Below are positions 1 through 9,762 of a DNA stretch of 64,000 nucleotides, one piece after another. Position 1 is the stretch's first letter. Every line of letters starts with the position of its first letter. The stretch is from contig JANNXA010000022.1 of the NCBI GenBank assembly GCA_031409275.1, positions 224,001 through 288,000 of the forward strand. The letters run 5' to 3'. This DNA comes from Planctomycetota bacterium. Its GTDB lineage: Bacteria > Planctomycetota > B15-G4 > SIAN01. The translations under genes and the position numbers were made by a program. Below the pieces are notes generated by a model. The model saw only the letters and a program-made list of their open reading frames with translations. It searched no databases and was not told where the DNA came from.

Positions 1-1
1 C

Positions 2-472
2 AACGCGATCCGCGCCGCGCTCGGTCGCTTCGGCCCCTACCTGGTGAAGGATCTGCCGGGCGCGCCCAAACCCGACTACCGCAACCTGAAGAGCGAAGAG
101 CAGCTCTTCACGATCACGCTCGATGAGGCGCGCGCGATCTACGCCCTGCCCAAGGGGCAGCGCGGCGGTCGCGGCGGAGCGGCCGCGCCGCCGTTGCGCG
201 AGCTCGGCGTCGATCCCGCATCGAAAGCGGCCATCGTGATCAAGGACGGCAAGTACGGTCCCTATTGCAGCGATGGCGAGACCAACGCGTCGCTGCCCAA
301 GGGGGCGAGCGTCGCCGACTTCACGCTCGACGATGCGCTGCGGCTGCTGGCCGAGCGACGCGAGATCGCGCCGCCGAAGAAGAAGAAGGGCGCTCGCAAG
401 GCATCGGCCGGCAAGACGCCGGCTCGAAAGGCGGCGGCGGGCAAACGCGCGCCGTCGAAGTCGAAGGGGTGA
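2..472 (+). CDS. topA: DNA topoisomerase I, C-terminal part (5'-truncated by window edge)
   Basis: Open from base 2; two Toprim C-terminal repeats (GRFGPYL...ITLDEA; KDGKYGPYCSDGETNASLPKG...TLDDALRLL) followed by a Lys/Ala-rich tail. Confidence 0.88.
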   Translation, partial: NAIRAALGRFGPYLVKDLPGAPKPDYRNLKSEEQLFTITLDEARAIYALPKGQRGGRGGAAAPPLRELGVDPASKAAIVIKDGKYGPYCSDGETNASLPKGASVADFTLDDALRLLAERREIAPPKKKKGARKASAGKTPARKAAAGKRAPSKSKG

Positions 473-1395
473 GCGGCGGCGCGCCGGTCGAGGTCGAGCG
501 ACTCGGCAAGCGCTTCGGATCGCGCGTCGCGCTCGCTGACATCGACCTCACCGTGGCGGCGGGCGAGATCGTCGGACTGGTCGGACCCAACGGTTCGGGC
601 AAGTCGACCCTGCTGCGCGTGCTCGCCGGGCTGTTGCGTCCGACTTCGGGTCGCGCACGCCTCTTCGGCCACGATCCGTTCCTCGCGCGCGAGACGGTGA
701 TGCGCGATGCACGCTTCGCGTTCGCGCCGCCGGCCCTGTTCGAGTCGCTCACGGCGCGCGAGCACCTCGTGCATCTGGTCGGGCTGCATGGCCGAGCGGC
801 GAGGCCGCCGGCCGCCGCGATCGATGGAGCGCTGGCGCGGGTCGGCCTCGCGGAGCGCGCAGACGATCGAGTGCGCAGCTTCTCGTTTGGCATGCGGCAG
901 CGACTCGCGGTGGCGCAGGCTCTGTTGCCGCCGCCCCGCCTCGTCGTGCTCGATGAGCCGACCGAAGGGCTCGATCCCGCCGCCGTGCTCGAACTGCGCG
1001 CGATCCTCTCCGAACTGCGCAAGCAGCACGGCGTCGCCATCCTCCTGTCGAGCCACCTGCTGATCGAGATCGACTCGCTGGTCGATCGGCTGCTCCTGCT
1101 GCAGGAGGGGCGCGTCCTCTTCGCCGGCAGCGCGGCGACGCTTCGCGCTGGCAGCGAGCGGCTGGTGCTCGGTGTCGATGCGGTCGAGCGCGGCGCCGCG
1201 GCGCTCCTCGCGCACGGCTTCGCGGCGACGCTTCGCAGCGACGGGACGCTCGAGGTTGCGAACGGCACTTTGACGCTCGCGGAGGCGCAGACGCTGCTGC
1301 GCGCGGCGGGCGTCGCGTTGGCGAGTTTCCACGTCGAGCAGCGCAGCCTGGAGCAGTTGCTTCGCGAGCGCCTCGCCGCCGGGCGACCCGCATGA
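469..1395 (+). CDS. ABC-2 type transporter ATP-binding protein
   Basis: Walker A GPNGSGKST, signature FSFGMRQR, Walker B LVVLDEP, H-loop SSH; GTG start overlaps the topA stop (GTGA). Confidence 0.93.
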   Translation: MSGGAPVEVERLGKRFGSRVALADIDLTVAAGEIVGLVGPNGSGKSTLLRVLAGLLRPTSGRARLFGHDPFLARETVMRDARFAFAPPALFESLTAREHLVHLVGLHGRAARPPAAAIDGALARVGLAERADDRVRSFSFGMRQRLAVAQALLPPPRLVVLDEPTEGLDPAAVLELRAILSELRKQHGVAILLSSHLLIEIDSLVDRLLLLQEGRVLFAGSAATLRAGSERLVLGVDAVERGAAALLAHGFAATLRSDGTLEVANGTLTLAEAQTLLRAAGVALASFHVEQRSLEQLLRERLAAGRPA

Positions 1396-2228
1396 TCCTG
1401 CGCCTCGAGTTCTTGCGCCTGGTGCGTTCGCGGCGGCCGCTGATGGCGCTGCTGGCGCTGCTGCTCTTCCTGGCGCTGATGCTGGTGGGGTTCTGGAGCT
1501 ACGCGCAGTCGCGCACGCACGGAGCCGTGCAGTTCGAGTACACGTACGAGAACCGCTCCTACTTCAACGGACTGACCTTCGCGCTCTACGCCTTCTTCTT
1601 CGGCTTCGTGCTCCTCCTGCCGATCTTCGCCGCGATCGAGGGCGGCGCACAGATCGCGGGCGACGCCGGCAGCGGCACGCTCGGTCTGCTGCTGGTCCGC
1701 CCGATCTCGAAGACGCGCCTCTTCTTCACGAAGCTCGCCGTGGCGTGGGGCTGGTCGACTCTGCTGACCGCGCTCTTCCTCGGCGCGGCGCTGCTGCTCG
1801 GGTTGTTCGCGGTCGGCTGGGGCGAGCTGCGGCTCTATCCCGGCGTGCTCCAGAGCAGCGATCGTCCGCAGCTCCTGTCACGGGCCACGGCGTTGCGCCG
1901 TTTCCTGCTGGCGTGGCCGGCGGCGAGCCTCGCGCTGCTGGCCCCGCTCGCGCTCAGCTTCTGGATCTCGACGTGGACGCGCAGCGCGGTGAACGCGGTG
2001 GGCACCGCGGTCGCCCTCTATCTCGTCGCGCACGTGATCGTCGAGGTCCACTTCTTCGAGGCGTTGAAGCCGTGGCTCTTCACGAGCCACACGACCGCCT
2101 GGCGCGCGCTGTTTCGCGAGACGATCGATTGGCGCGAGATCGCGGGCCACGAAGTGGCGCTGCTCGGCCACGCCGCGCTCTTCCTCGCCTTGGCGTTTCG
2201 CCGCTTTCGGCGTCGGGAGGAGGCATGA
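1392..2228 (+). CDS. ABC-2 type transporter permease
   Basis: About six hydrophobic segments, motif IAGD..SGTLGLLLVRPISKTRLFFTK; ATGA overlap with the ATPase. Confidence 0.88.
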   Translation: MILRLEFLRLVRSRRPLMALLALLLFLALMLVGFWSYAQSRTHGAVQFEYTYENRSYFNGLTFALYAFFFGFVLLLPIFAAIEGGAQIAGDAGSGTLGLLLVRPISKTRLFFTKLAVAWGWSTLLTALFLGAALLLGLFAVGWGELRLYPGVLQSSDRPQLLSRATALRRFLLAWPAASLALLAPLALSFWISTWTRSAVNAVGTAVALYLVAHVIVEVHFFEALKPWLFTSHTTAWRALFRETIDWREIAGHEVALLGHAALFLALAFRRFRRREEA

Positions 2229-3040
2229 ACCGCAGCGCGCGCGTGGTCGAGCTGCTGCTCTGGCTGATCGCGGCGATCGCGCTGCTGGCCGCGCCGCGCC
2301 TCGCGCCGACTGCGAGCGAGGCGGCGCTCGACGCTCCGCCGGCGAAGTCGCGGGCGCGGGGCGAGTGGCGAGTCGTGACCTGGAACGTCGGCGGCAGCGC
2401 CAACGGAACCGCTCACCCACTCGCTGACAGCGACCTCGAGGCCGTGGCGAAGACGCTGCGCGAACTTCGCCCCGACCTCGTGCTGCTGCAGGAGTTCCGC
2501 TACGGGACGCAGTGGGACGCGTTGCGCGCCCGCTTCGAGGTCGGCGCAGGCTATGTGCAGTCGGCGGCGGACGACGTCGCGATCGTGGCCGTGCGCGGCG
2601 CGCTCGCCGATGGGCGCTCGAGCGGCCTCTTCGCGCAAGCGCGTTGGCAGGTCGACGGTCACGAGTTCGCCGTCGGCGCGCTCCACGCAGCGGCCTGGTC
2701 GGCGCGCGAGCGGCGCCGCGAGATCGGCGGCGCGCTCGATCGAACGCTGCAGATGACGGCGCGCGCGCACCTCTTCGGCGGCGACTTGAACCTCGACGTC
2801 GATCAGCGCGGCGACCTCTTCTCGAACGATCCGCAGCGCGACGCCGAGGTCTACAACTACGTGGCGGAGCGATTGCTCGACGCCGGAGCGGGCCGCGGAC
2901 CGACGGCGGAACCCGATCGCCGTCTCGACTACCTCTTCGTGTCGAGGGAGTTCGAGGTGCGCGCCGCCGGCCCGTGGAAGGGGCGTCGCAGCGGCACCAT
3001 GGACCACGATCCGCTGGTCGTCGACCTGCGCCTTCGCTGA
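2225..3040 (+). CDS. Endonuclease/exonuclease/phosphatase (EEP) family protein, exported or membrane-anchored
   Basis: VVTWNV, DLVLLQE, GGDLN, RLDYLF and MDHDPL motifs; N-terminal hydrophobic segment; ATGA overlap. Confidence 0.88.
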   Translation: MNRSARVVELLLWLIAAIALLAAPRLAPTASEAALDAPPAKSRARGEWRVVTWNVGGSANGTAHPLADSDLEAVAKTLRELRPDLVLLQEFRYGTQWDALRARFEVGAGYVQSAADDVAIVAVRGALADGRSSGLFAQARWQVDGHEFAVGALHAAAWSARERRREIGGALDRTLQMTARAHLFGGDLNLDVDQRGDLFSNDPQRDAEVYNYVAERLLDAGAGRGPTAEPDRRLDYLFVSREFEVRAAGPWKGRRSGTMDHDPLVVDLRLR

Positions 3041-3081
3041 CGACGAGCTACAGTCCGCGGCCGTTCCTTCAGGAGCTGCCG

Positions 3082-5547
3082 ATGATCTCCCTCGCCTCGA
3101 TCGTCTTCGCCGTGATCCCCGCGCCGTTGGCGTTGCCGTTGCAGGCCGCGCCGCCGGAGCGGCATCACCTCGCCGAACTGTCGCTCCAGGATGCGAAGTC
3201 GGTGCGCGCGGCGCATGACGCGGGTGTCGCGCTCGACTGCCAGAGTCGACTGCCGGGCGGTCGCGCCGAGATCACCGTCACCGATCGACAGCTCGCCGAG
3301 CTGCAGCGTCGCGGCGCGCTGGTGCGCGTCACTCAACCCGATCTCGAGAAGTTCTATGCGGCGCGTCTCGAGGCACGACCGCCGCGGCGTCCCTCCCCCG
3401 CCATCGACTGGGCCGGCGGCAGCATGGGTGGCTACTTCACGTTGGCCGAAGTGGAGGCGCTGCTCGACCAGTTCGCGACCGACTACCCGTCGATCTGCAG
3501 CGCCAAATTCTCGCTCGGCCAGAGCGTCGAAGGCCGCGAGCTGTGGGCGGTCAAGGTCTCCGACCAGCCAGGCATCGATGAGAACGAGCCGGAAGCTCGA
3601 TTCGATTCGCTCCACCACGCGCGCGAACCGGTCGGAATGCACGCGACGCTCTACTTCCTCGACTGGCTGCTGTCGAACTACGGCAGCGATCCGTTGGCGA
3701 CCCACCTCGTCGATGAGCGCGAGATCTGGTTCATCCCGGTGGTGAACCCCGACGGCTACGAATACAACCGCGCGATCGCGCCCAATGGCGGCGGGCTGTG
3801 GCGCAAGAACCGGCGCGACAACGGCGACGGCACCTTCGGCGTCGACCTGAACCGCAACTACTCCTACCAGTGGGGCTACGACAACTCCGGCTCGAGCGGC
3901 AACACTGGCAGCGAGACCTATCGCGGCCCTTCCGCGGCTTCGGAGCCCGAGACGCAGGCGATGGAGGCCTTCCTCAGCAGTCGCGAATTCGCGACCTCCA
4001 TCTCCGCCCACACCTACTCGAACCTCTGGCTCTTCCCGTGGGGCTACGACTGCTTCGACCCACCGCAGCGCAGCGCGTTCGACGGCATCGCGGAGTGGTT
4101 CACCGTCGAGAACGGCTACGTGCACGGCACGATCTGCCAGGCGCTCTACTCGGCCAACGGCAACACCGTCGACTACGACCACGGCGTGCTCGGCACCTGG
4201 TCGGGCACGGTGGAGATCGGCGGCAACGGCGACGGCTTCTGGCCGGCCGCATCCCGCATCATTCCGCTGATCGAGGAGAACCTGCGCGGCTTCCAGCGCA
4301 TCGCCCTCTACGCCGCGGCGGGACTCGAGAGCAGCGATTGGTCGTGGCAGGAATCGACCGGCGACGGCGACGTTTGGCTCGATCCCGGCGAGGAGTTCGA
4401 CCTGGCGCTGACGCTGCGCAACATCGGGACGCTCGCGACCAACGGCGCGGCCACCGTGACCGTCTCGACGAGCGCCGCGGACGTGGTCGTCATCGATGGC
4501 TTCCATGACTTCGGCACGATCGCCGCGTTCGCACAGTCGGACAATCTCGCGCTGCCGTTGCGCGTCCAGATCGCGCCGGGCGCCACCGCCGGGCAACGCA
4601 TCGTCGTGCAGGCCGACCTCTCCTACGACGGATTCGTCGAGAGCCACGCGGTCGAGTTCCTGATCGGCGAGCCGTCGCGCATGGACGACGACGATCTCGA
4701 GATCAACCTCGGCTGGATCGCCGGAGATGCGTCCGACACGGCCGTGAACGGCCGCTTCGAGATCGCCGATCCGCAGCTGACGACGTCGGGCGGCAACACT
4801 TCGCAACCGGCCGACGACCACACGGCGAGCGGCACACTGTGCGCGGTGACGGACGGTCGCGCCGGCAGCAGCGCCGGCACCTACGACGTCGACAGCGGCA
4901 AGACGACGCTCTACAGCCCGCAGTTCGACCTTGAAGACAGCGTCGCGCCGCTGGTCTCGTACTGGCGCTGGTTCACCAACCTGACCAATGCCGACGACGC
5001 CTTCGTCGTCTCGATCAGCGCCGATGGCGGCGCGACCTGGAGCGAGGTCGAACGCGTCACCGGCAACCGGAATTCCTGGCAGCAGGTTCGCTTCGACCCC
5101 GCGGCCTACGTTGCGCTGACCGATCGGATGCAGCTGCGATTCGTCGTCGCCGACGACCCGAACAACTCGTTGACCGAGGCGCTCGTCGACGATCTCGGCT
5201 TCGACGCGTTCCCGACCGGTCGGGTCATGCTGTGGCGCTACGGCAGCGCGCGCCCCGGCGGCTCGCTGCGACTGCACGTCCAGGGCGTCGCCAACCAGTC
5301 GTTCGTCCTGTGGGGCGCGCAGTCGGGTGGCAGCCTGTTCCTGAAGAAGCTCGGCCTCCTCGAACTCGACGCCGCGACGATGATTCCGGTGCTCGCCGAC
5401 ACGACCGGACCCAGCGGCCGCTACACGCTGATCGCCGACCTGCCGGCCGATCCGACCCTCTCGGGCGTCGAGATCCACGTGCAACCGCTGGTGCTCGATC
5501 CGGCGGGCGCCTACCTCGGGAACGCGATCGATTTCGTGATCGAGTGA
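3082..5547 (+). CDS. Secreted M14 zinc carboxypeptidase (carboxypeptidase T-like) with C-terminal accessory domains
   Basis: HHAREP (HxxE), NPDGY, WRKNRR, GVDLNRNY, SEPET and SAHTYS motifs; AGGAG RBS before ATG 3082; signal peptide. Confidence 0.92.
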   Translation: MISLASIVFAVIPAPLALPLQAAPPERHHLAELSLQDAKSVRAAHDAGVALDCQSRLPGGRAEITVTDRQLAELQRRGALVRVTQPDLEKFYAARLEARPPRRPSPAIDWAGGSMGGYFTLAEVEALLDQFATDYPSICSAKFSLGQSVEGRELWAVKVSDQPGIDENEPEARFDSLHHAREPVGMHATLYFLDWLLSNYGSDPLATHLVDEREIWFIPVVNPDGYEYNRAIAPNGGGLWRKNRRDNGDGTFGVDLNRNYSYQWGYDNSGSSGNTGSETYRGPSAASEPETQAMEAFLSSREFATSISAHTYSNLWLFPWGYDCFDPPQRSAFDGIAEWFTVENGYVHGTICQALYSANGNTVDYDHGVLGTWSGTVEIGGNGDGFWPAASRIIPLIEENLRGFQRIALYAAAGLESSDWSWQESTGDGDVWLDPGEEFDLALTLRNIGTLATNGAATVTVSTSAADVVVIDGFHDFGTIAAFAQSDNLALPLRVQIAPGATAGQRIVVQADLSYDGFVESHAVEFLIGEPSRMDDDDLEINLGWIAGDASDTAVNGRFEIADPQLTTSGGNTSQPADDHTASGTLCAVTDGRAGSSAGTYDVDSGKTTLYSPQFDLEDSVAPLVSYWRWFTNLTNADDAFVVSISADGGATWSEVERVTGNRNSWQQVRFDPAAYVALTDRMQLRFVVADDPNNSLTEALVDDLGFDAFPTGRVMLWRYGSARPGGSLRLHVQGVANQSFVLWGAQSGGSLFLKKLGLLELDAATMIPVLADTTGPSGRYTLIADLPADPTLSGVEIHVQPLVLDPAGAYLGNAIDFVIE

Positions 5548-5637
5548 CGACGGCGCGCTGCGCGTCCGGTGGGCCTCCGCGTGCGCGGGCGCGGAGAAAG
5601 GTCCTCGTGTGCTGCCAATCGCCGGCACAATGGCGCC

Positions 5638-7374
5638 ATGACCGCTCCTGACGCCCCCGTTCCCTCCACTCCGTCCACCCCATCCGAACCGGTCGCCGCC
5701 ACGGCGAAGGGGTTCGCCGCGCTTGGCGTCGACCCCGCCGCCTGCGCCGACCTTGCCGCGCTCGGCTACGAAGAACCCACGCCGATCCAGCGCGAGGCGA
5801 TCCCGCCGCTGCTCGCCGGCCGCGATGTACTGGGGCAGGCGGCGACCGGCACCGGCAAGACGGCAGCCTTCGCGTTGCCGCTGCTGCAGATCGCGGTCAC
5901 CGGCAAGCCGGTGCGCAACAAGCCGACGGCGCTGGTGCTGGTGCCGACGCGCGAACTCGCCATGCAGGTCGCCGAGGCGATCCATCGCTATGGCCGCGGA
6001 CGTCAGGCGACGGTGCTGCCGATCTACGGCGGGCAGGAGATCCGTCAGCAGTTGCGCGTGCTCGACCGCGGCGTCGAAGTGATCGTCGCGACTCCGGGTC
6101 GGGCGCTCGACCATCTGAACCGCCGCTCGCTCATGCTCGACAACGTGAAGCTCGCCGTGCTCGACGAAGCCGACGAGATGCTCGACATGGGTTTCGCCGA
6201 GGACATCGAGTCGATCCTCTCGAAGCTCCCGAAGGAGCATCAGACCGCGCTCTTCTCGGCGACGCTGGCACCGCGCATCCTCGCCATCGCCCGCTCGCAT
6301 CTGCGCGATCCGGTGCGGGTCACCATCGCGCGCGAGCGGACCGCGGCCGGCACCGCGCCGCGCGTGCGCCAGGTCGCCTACATGGTGCCGCGGCCGGTGA
6401 AGCACGCGGCGCTCGGACGCGTGCTCGACATGGAGCAGCCGACCTCGGCGATCGTCTTCTGCCGTACGCGCCTCGAAGTCGACGAGCTGTGCGAGACGAT
6501 GAACGCGCGCGGCTGGCGGGCCGAGGCGCTGCATGGCGGCTTCATGCAGGAGCAGCGCGATCGCGTGATGAAGCGCTTCCGCGAACAGCAGGCCGACCTG
6601 TTGATCGCGACCGACGTCGCAGCGCGCGGGCTCGACATCGAGCACGTCTCGCACGTGGTGAACTACGGCGTCCCCTCCGACCCGGATGACTACGTCCATC
6701 GAATCGGGCGCACCGGACGCGCCGGACGCGAAGGGGTGGCGATCACCTTCGTCGAGCCGCGCGAGCATCGGCTGCTGAAGAACCTCGAGTTCGCGACGCG
6801 GCAGAAGATCTCGCTCGAGAACCTCCCCACCATCGCCGACTTGAAGAGCCGGCGCCTCGAGCTGACGCGCGCTTCGCTGCGCGAGGCGGTGCTGGCCGGC
6901 GAGCTCGAGCCCTTCAAGCGGATGATCGAGGAGCTCTCGAGCGAACTCGACGTGATGGACGTGGCGGCCGCCGCGGCCAAGCTCGTCCATGACGCCAACC
7001 ACGCCGCTTCCGGCGAACAGGCGGACGAGCAGGACCTCGCGATTCCGCCGCCGCGCGAACACGGCTTCGGTGGCGAGCGGGCGCCGTTCCGCGGGCCGCC
7101 CGGGGCTCGCGCTCCGGTCGGGCCGGGCGGTGCCGAGACGGGTCGCATCTTCATCGGCGCCGGTCGCATCGACGGGCTGCGACCGGGCGACCTCGTCGGC
7201 GCGATCGCCAACGAAGCGGGCGTGCCGGGCGAAGCGATCGGCTCGATCCGCATCACCGACCGTTTCGCGCTGGTGGACGTTCCCATCGACGCCGTCGAAC
7301 AGGTGATCTTCGCGTTGCGCGGCTCCTCGATCCGCGGTCGCCGCGTCGTCGTTCGGCGCGACCTGCACGCGTGA
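5638..7374 (+). CDS. deaD: DEAD-box RNA helicase with C-terminal DbpA RNA-binding domain (DeaD/CsdA-like)
   Basis: Q motif PTPIQ, ATGTGKT, PTRELA, LDEADEMLDMGF, SAT, YVHRIGRTGRAG; C-terminal RPGDLVGAIANEAG. Confidence 0.93.
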   Translation: MTAPDAPVPSTPSTPSEPVAATAKGFAALGVDPAACADLAALGYEEPTPIQREAIPPLLAGRDVLGQAATGTGKTAAFALPLLQIAVTGKPVRNKPTALVLVPTRELAMQVAEAIHRYGRGRQATVLPIYGGQEIRQQLRVLDRGVEVIVATPGRALDHLNRRSLMLDNVKLAVLDEADEMLDMGFAEDIESILSKLPKEHQTALFSATLAPRILAIARSHLRDPVRVTIARERTAAGTAPRVRQVAYMVPRPVKHAALGRVLDMEQPTSAIVFCRTRLEVDELCETMNARGWRAEALHGGFMQEQRDRVMKRFREQQADLLIATDVAARGLDIEHVSHVVNYGVPSDPDDYVHRIGRTGRAGREGVAITFVEPREHRLLKNLEFATRQKISLENLPTIADLKSRRLELTRASLREAVLAGELEPFKRMIEELSSELDVMDVAAAAAKLVHDANHAASGEQADEQDLAIPPPREHGFGGERAPFRGPPGARAPVGPGGAETGRIFIGAGRIDGLRPGDLVGAIANEAGVPGEAIGSIRITDRFALVDVPIDAVEQVIFALRGSSIRGRRVVVRRDLHA

Positions 7375-7381
7375 GGTCTCG

Positions 7382-7882
7382 ATGAAGTCTGATCGCTCGA
7401 TCTCCCGACTCCGTCGCACGATCGCCGGGCTGCTCCTGGTCGGGGTCGGTGGATGCGCATCATCCGCCACCACGATGGATGCGGCGTGGAGCGTCGACCA
7501 GCGCGAGGCGCTGGCCACGGTGCAGGCGCTGTTCGACGCGATGGCGGCGCACGACGCGGCCGCGGCGGAGCGGGTGCTCCTCGTCGATGGAACGCTCTAC
7601 AGCGTCAGCCGCGACGCGAATGGCCCGCGGGTGGAGCGCGCGACGTGGCGCGAGTTCCTCGCGAGTCTGGCGGCGGAGTCGGGCAAGGCGAGGGGCTTTC
7701 ATGAGCAGTTCGTCGGCGCGCCGACGGTGCTGGTCGACGGCGACGTGGCCGTCGTGTGGGGCGCCTACCGTTTCGATCTCGACGGCGTCCCCCACCATTG
7801 CGGCATCGATGCCATGACTTTGGTGCGCACGGTCGACGGCTGGCGCATCGCGGTCGGCGCCGACACGCGCGTCTCTCGCTGA
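7382..7882 (+). CDS. NTF2/SnoaL-like fold putative lipoprotein
   Basis: Lipobox-like GVGGC; pattern VQALFDAM...DGDVAVVWGAYRF...HCGIDAMTLVRTVDGWRI. Confidence 0.75.
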   Translation: MKSDRSISRLRRTIAGLLLVGVGGCASSATTMDAAWSVDQREALATVQALFDAMAAHDAAAAERVLLVDGTLYSVSRDANGPRVERATWREFLASLAAESGKARGFHEQFVGAPTVLVDGDVAVVWGAYRFDLDGVPHHCGIDAMTLVRTVDGWRIAVGADTRVSR

Positions 7883-7898
7883 TCCGCCGCGCCGACGC

Positions 7899-8267
7899 TC
7901 AGAACGCGGTCGTGCGGAAGTTCTGCGCGCCGCAATAGGGGCACAAGGACGTGCGCAGCGACACGACGCGGCCGCAGCGTGCGCACTTCTGCGGCACGAG
8001 TTCGGTGCGCCCATTCAACTTGCCGTCCCGCAGGTCGATCTCCTCGATCAGCGCGACGATCTCGGCCTCCGTGGCGCCGCTCTTCGCCTTCATCAGCGTC
8101 CACATCGCCTCGCAGATCATCTGCAGCCGGTCGACCTGGCCGCGCAGTTCATCGTTCTGCTGCTGCGCGGCGCGCGCGGCCTCGATGGCGTCGGCCGCGC
8201 GTTGGGAGGCGCCGTGACCGCCGCCGCTGGTCGGCAGCTCGAACGGGCGAAACGGAGAATCGCTCAT
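7899..8267 (-). CDS. Small hypothetical protein with coiled coil and C-terminal zinc ribbon
   Basis: CARC...CPYC at the C-terminus; EIDLRDGKLNG motif; good GC3 codon bias. Confidence 0.72.
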   Translation of the reverse strand: MSDSPFRPFELPTSGGGHGASQRAADAIEAARAAQQQNDELRGQVDRLQMICEAMWTLMKAKSGATEAEIVALIEEIDLRDGKLNGRTELVPQKCARCGRVVSLRTSLCPYCGAQNFRTTAF

Positions 8268-8355
8268 CGATCGGCTCCAGGCGCGAGAGCGCGGCCCCCG
8301 CCGCGACGGCGCGAAGCGTAGCATCGCCGCACCTTCCGCTCCCGAAGAGACGACG

Positions 8356-9021
8356 ATGGCACTGGTCCGCATCGAGGTCGAGCCGACCGCCGGGCCGCTT
8401 CCAGCGCCGATCGCGCGCTTCATCGATGCCGCCAACGAGCGCATCGATCACTTCCATGGCACGCGCACCAAGCGACCGCTGCACGGCTTCGTCCCAAGCG
8501 ACTTCGAGCAGGCGTGGCGCGTGATCGATGCGATCGCACGCGCGAAGCTGGCGCCGGGACGACGCTTCTGTGAATGGGGATGCGGCTTCGCGGCGGTGGC
8601 GGGACTCGCTTCGCTCTGCGGCTTCGACGCCTCGGGCATCGAGATCGAGCGCGACCTCGTCGACGAGGCGCGTCGACTGACCGGCGACTTCGCGCTCGAC
8701 GTCGCCCTTGCGCACGGCAGCTTCGTGCCGCCCGATGCCGAGGAGCTAGGTGCCTGCAACGAAGAGTTCAGCTGGATCAGCGAAGGCGGCCCCGATGGGC
8801 ATGCGGTGCTGCGCCTCGACCCCGATGACCTCGACGTCATCTTCGCCTACCCGTGGCCCGGGGAAGAGGCGGTGATCGACCGCCTCTTCGACACCTTCGC
8901 CGCCTCGGAAGCGCTGCTGGTGACGTTCCACGGAAAAGAGGGGCTGCGCGTCGAACGCAAGGTCACCGACTTGCGCTGCCTGACGCGACGACCCGGTCCA
9001 TCGGGGCCACGCGGGCGCTGA
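8356..9021 (+). CDS. Class I SAM-dependent methyltransferase
   Basis: Motif I-like FCEWGCGF, acidic GIEIE at the end of strand 2, DVIFAYPWP. Confidence 0.78.
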   Translation: MALVRIEVEPTAGPLPAPIARFIDAANERIDHFHGTRTKRPLHGFVPSDFEQAWRVIDAIARAKLAPGRRFCEWGCGFAAVAGLASLCGFDASGIEIERDLVDEARRLTGDFALDVALAHGSFVPPDAEELGACNEEFSWISEGGPDGHAVLRLDPDDLDVIFAYPWPGEEAVIDRLFDTFAASEALLVTFHGKEGLRVERKVTDLRCLTRRPGPSGPRGR

Positions 9022-9067
9022 CGCGCTGCTGGCCGTGGCGCGTTCGTGCGTGCGCGCCACCGCGGGC

Positions 9068-9603
9068 TCAGAACGAGCCGCTTGCGGAGGGGCGCGCGGC
9101 ATCGTCGAACGCTCCCGCGTTGGACATCTGGATCGCGAGCATCTGCGCGACGGCGGCCTGCTCGAAGTTGCTGCCGGCGCGAGCGAACGCCGCCCTGGCG
9201 TTGGGAATCACGACGGAAAAGCGCGCGCGCACGTCGCTCCCCACCGCGTTGTAGTCGAGCGTCTGGAAATGCGCGACGGCGTTGTTCTTGGCCCGCTCCA
9301 CGGCGTCGTCGACGCCATCGCTGACCTGTCCCGCCGGATTGCCCGCAGCACGCGAAACCCCCTCTGCCATCCTCTTGGCAGCGGACCATCCAAGCTCGAA
9401 GTTGGCCTCGCGGGCGTCGTAGGCGACGCCTGCCGCGTTCTTCGCGAACTTGAGGGTGACCGGCTTGCTGGCTTTGGCCCCCCGATCGCAAAGTCGTACG
9501 TCTTGCGCGAGGTCTTGAGGTACTCGCTGTCGTTCAGCTCGTGCTCCGCCTTCTCGAGGAGGTTCCCGACCTCGCGGCCGATCGGCGTGGCGCCGCCGCT
9601 CAC
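9068..9603 (-). pseudogene. Frameshifted hypothetical gene (break in a G6 tract at 9478-9483)
   Basis: Coding-like codon usage runs in one frame up to ...KTYDFAIGG, then continues in another frame as AKASKPVTLKFAKNAAG... to the stop at 9068. Confidence 0.5.
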
Positions 9604-9762
9604 GGAAGATCGGCTCGCACCGTTCGGGGCACGTGCTGCCGGCAACGTGAACCACTGAAACAGCGGCTGCTCCGAGGCGAGGTGGCGCCGCCAACGGAGC
9701 AGGGACTTCGTGAATCCGCTGGGCTAGGATCCCGCGATTCCTCGCCATTCCCGGAGCCGACG

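Noticed and set aside
2929..7518. 1529-aa minus-strand ORF
   Set aside because: Antisense shadow of the M14 peptidase and deaD genes; Arg-rich, no motifs; typical high-GC artefact
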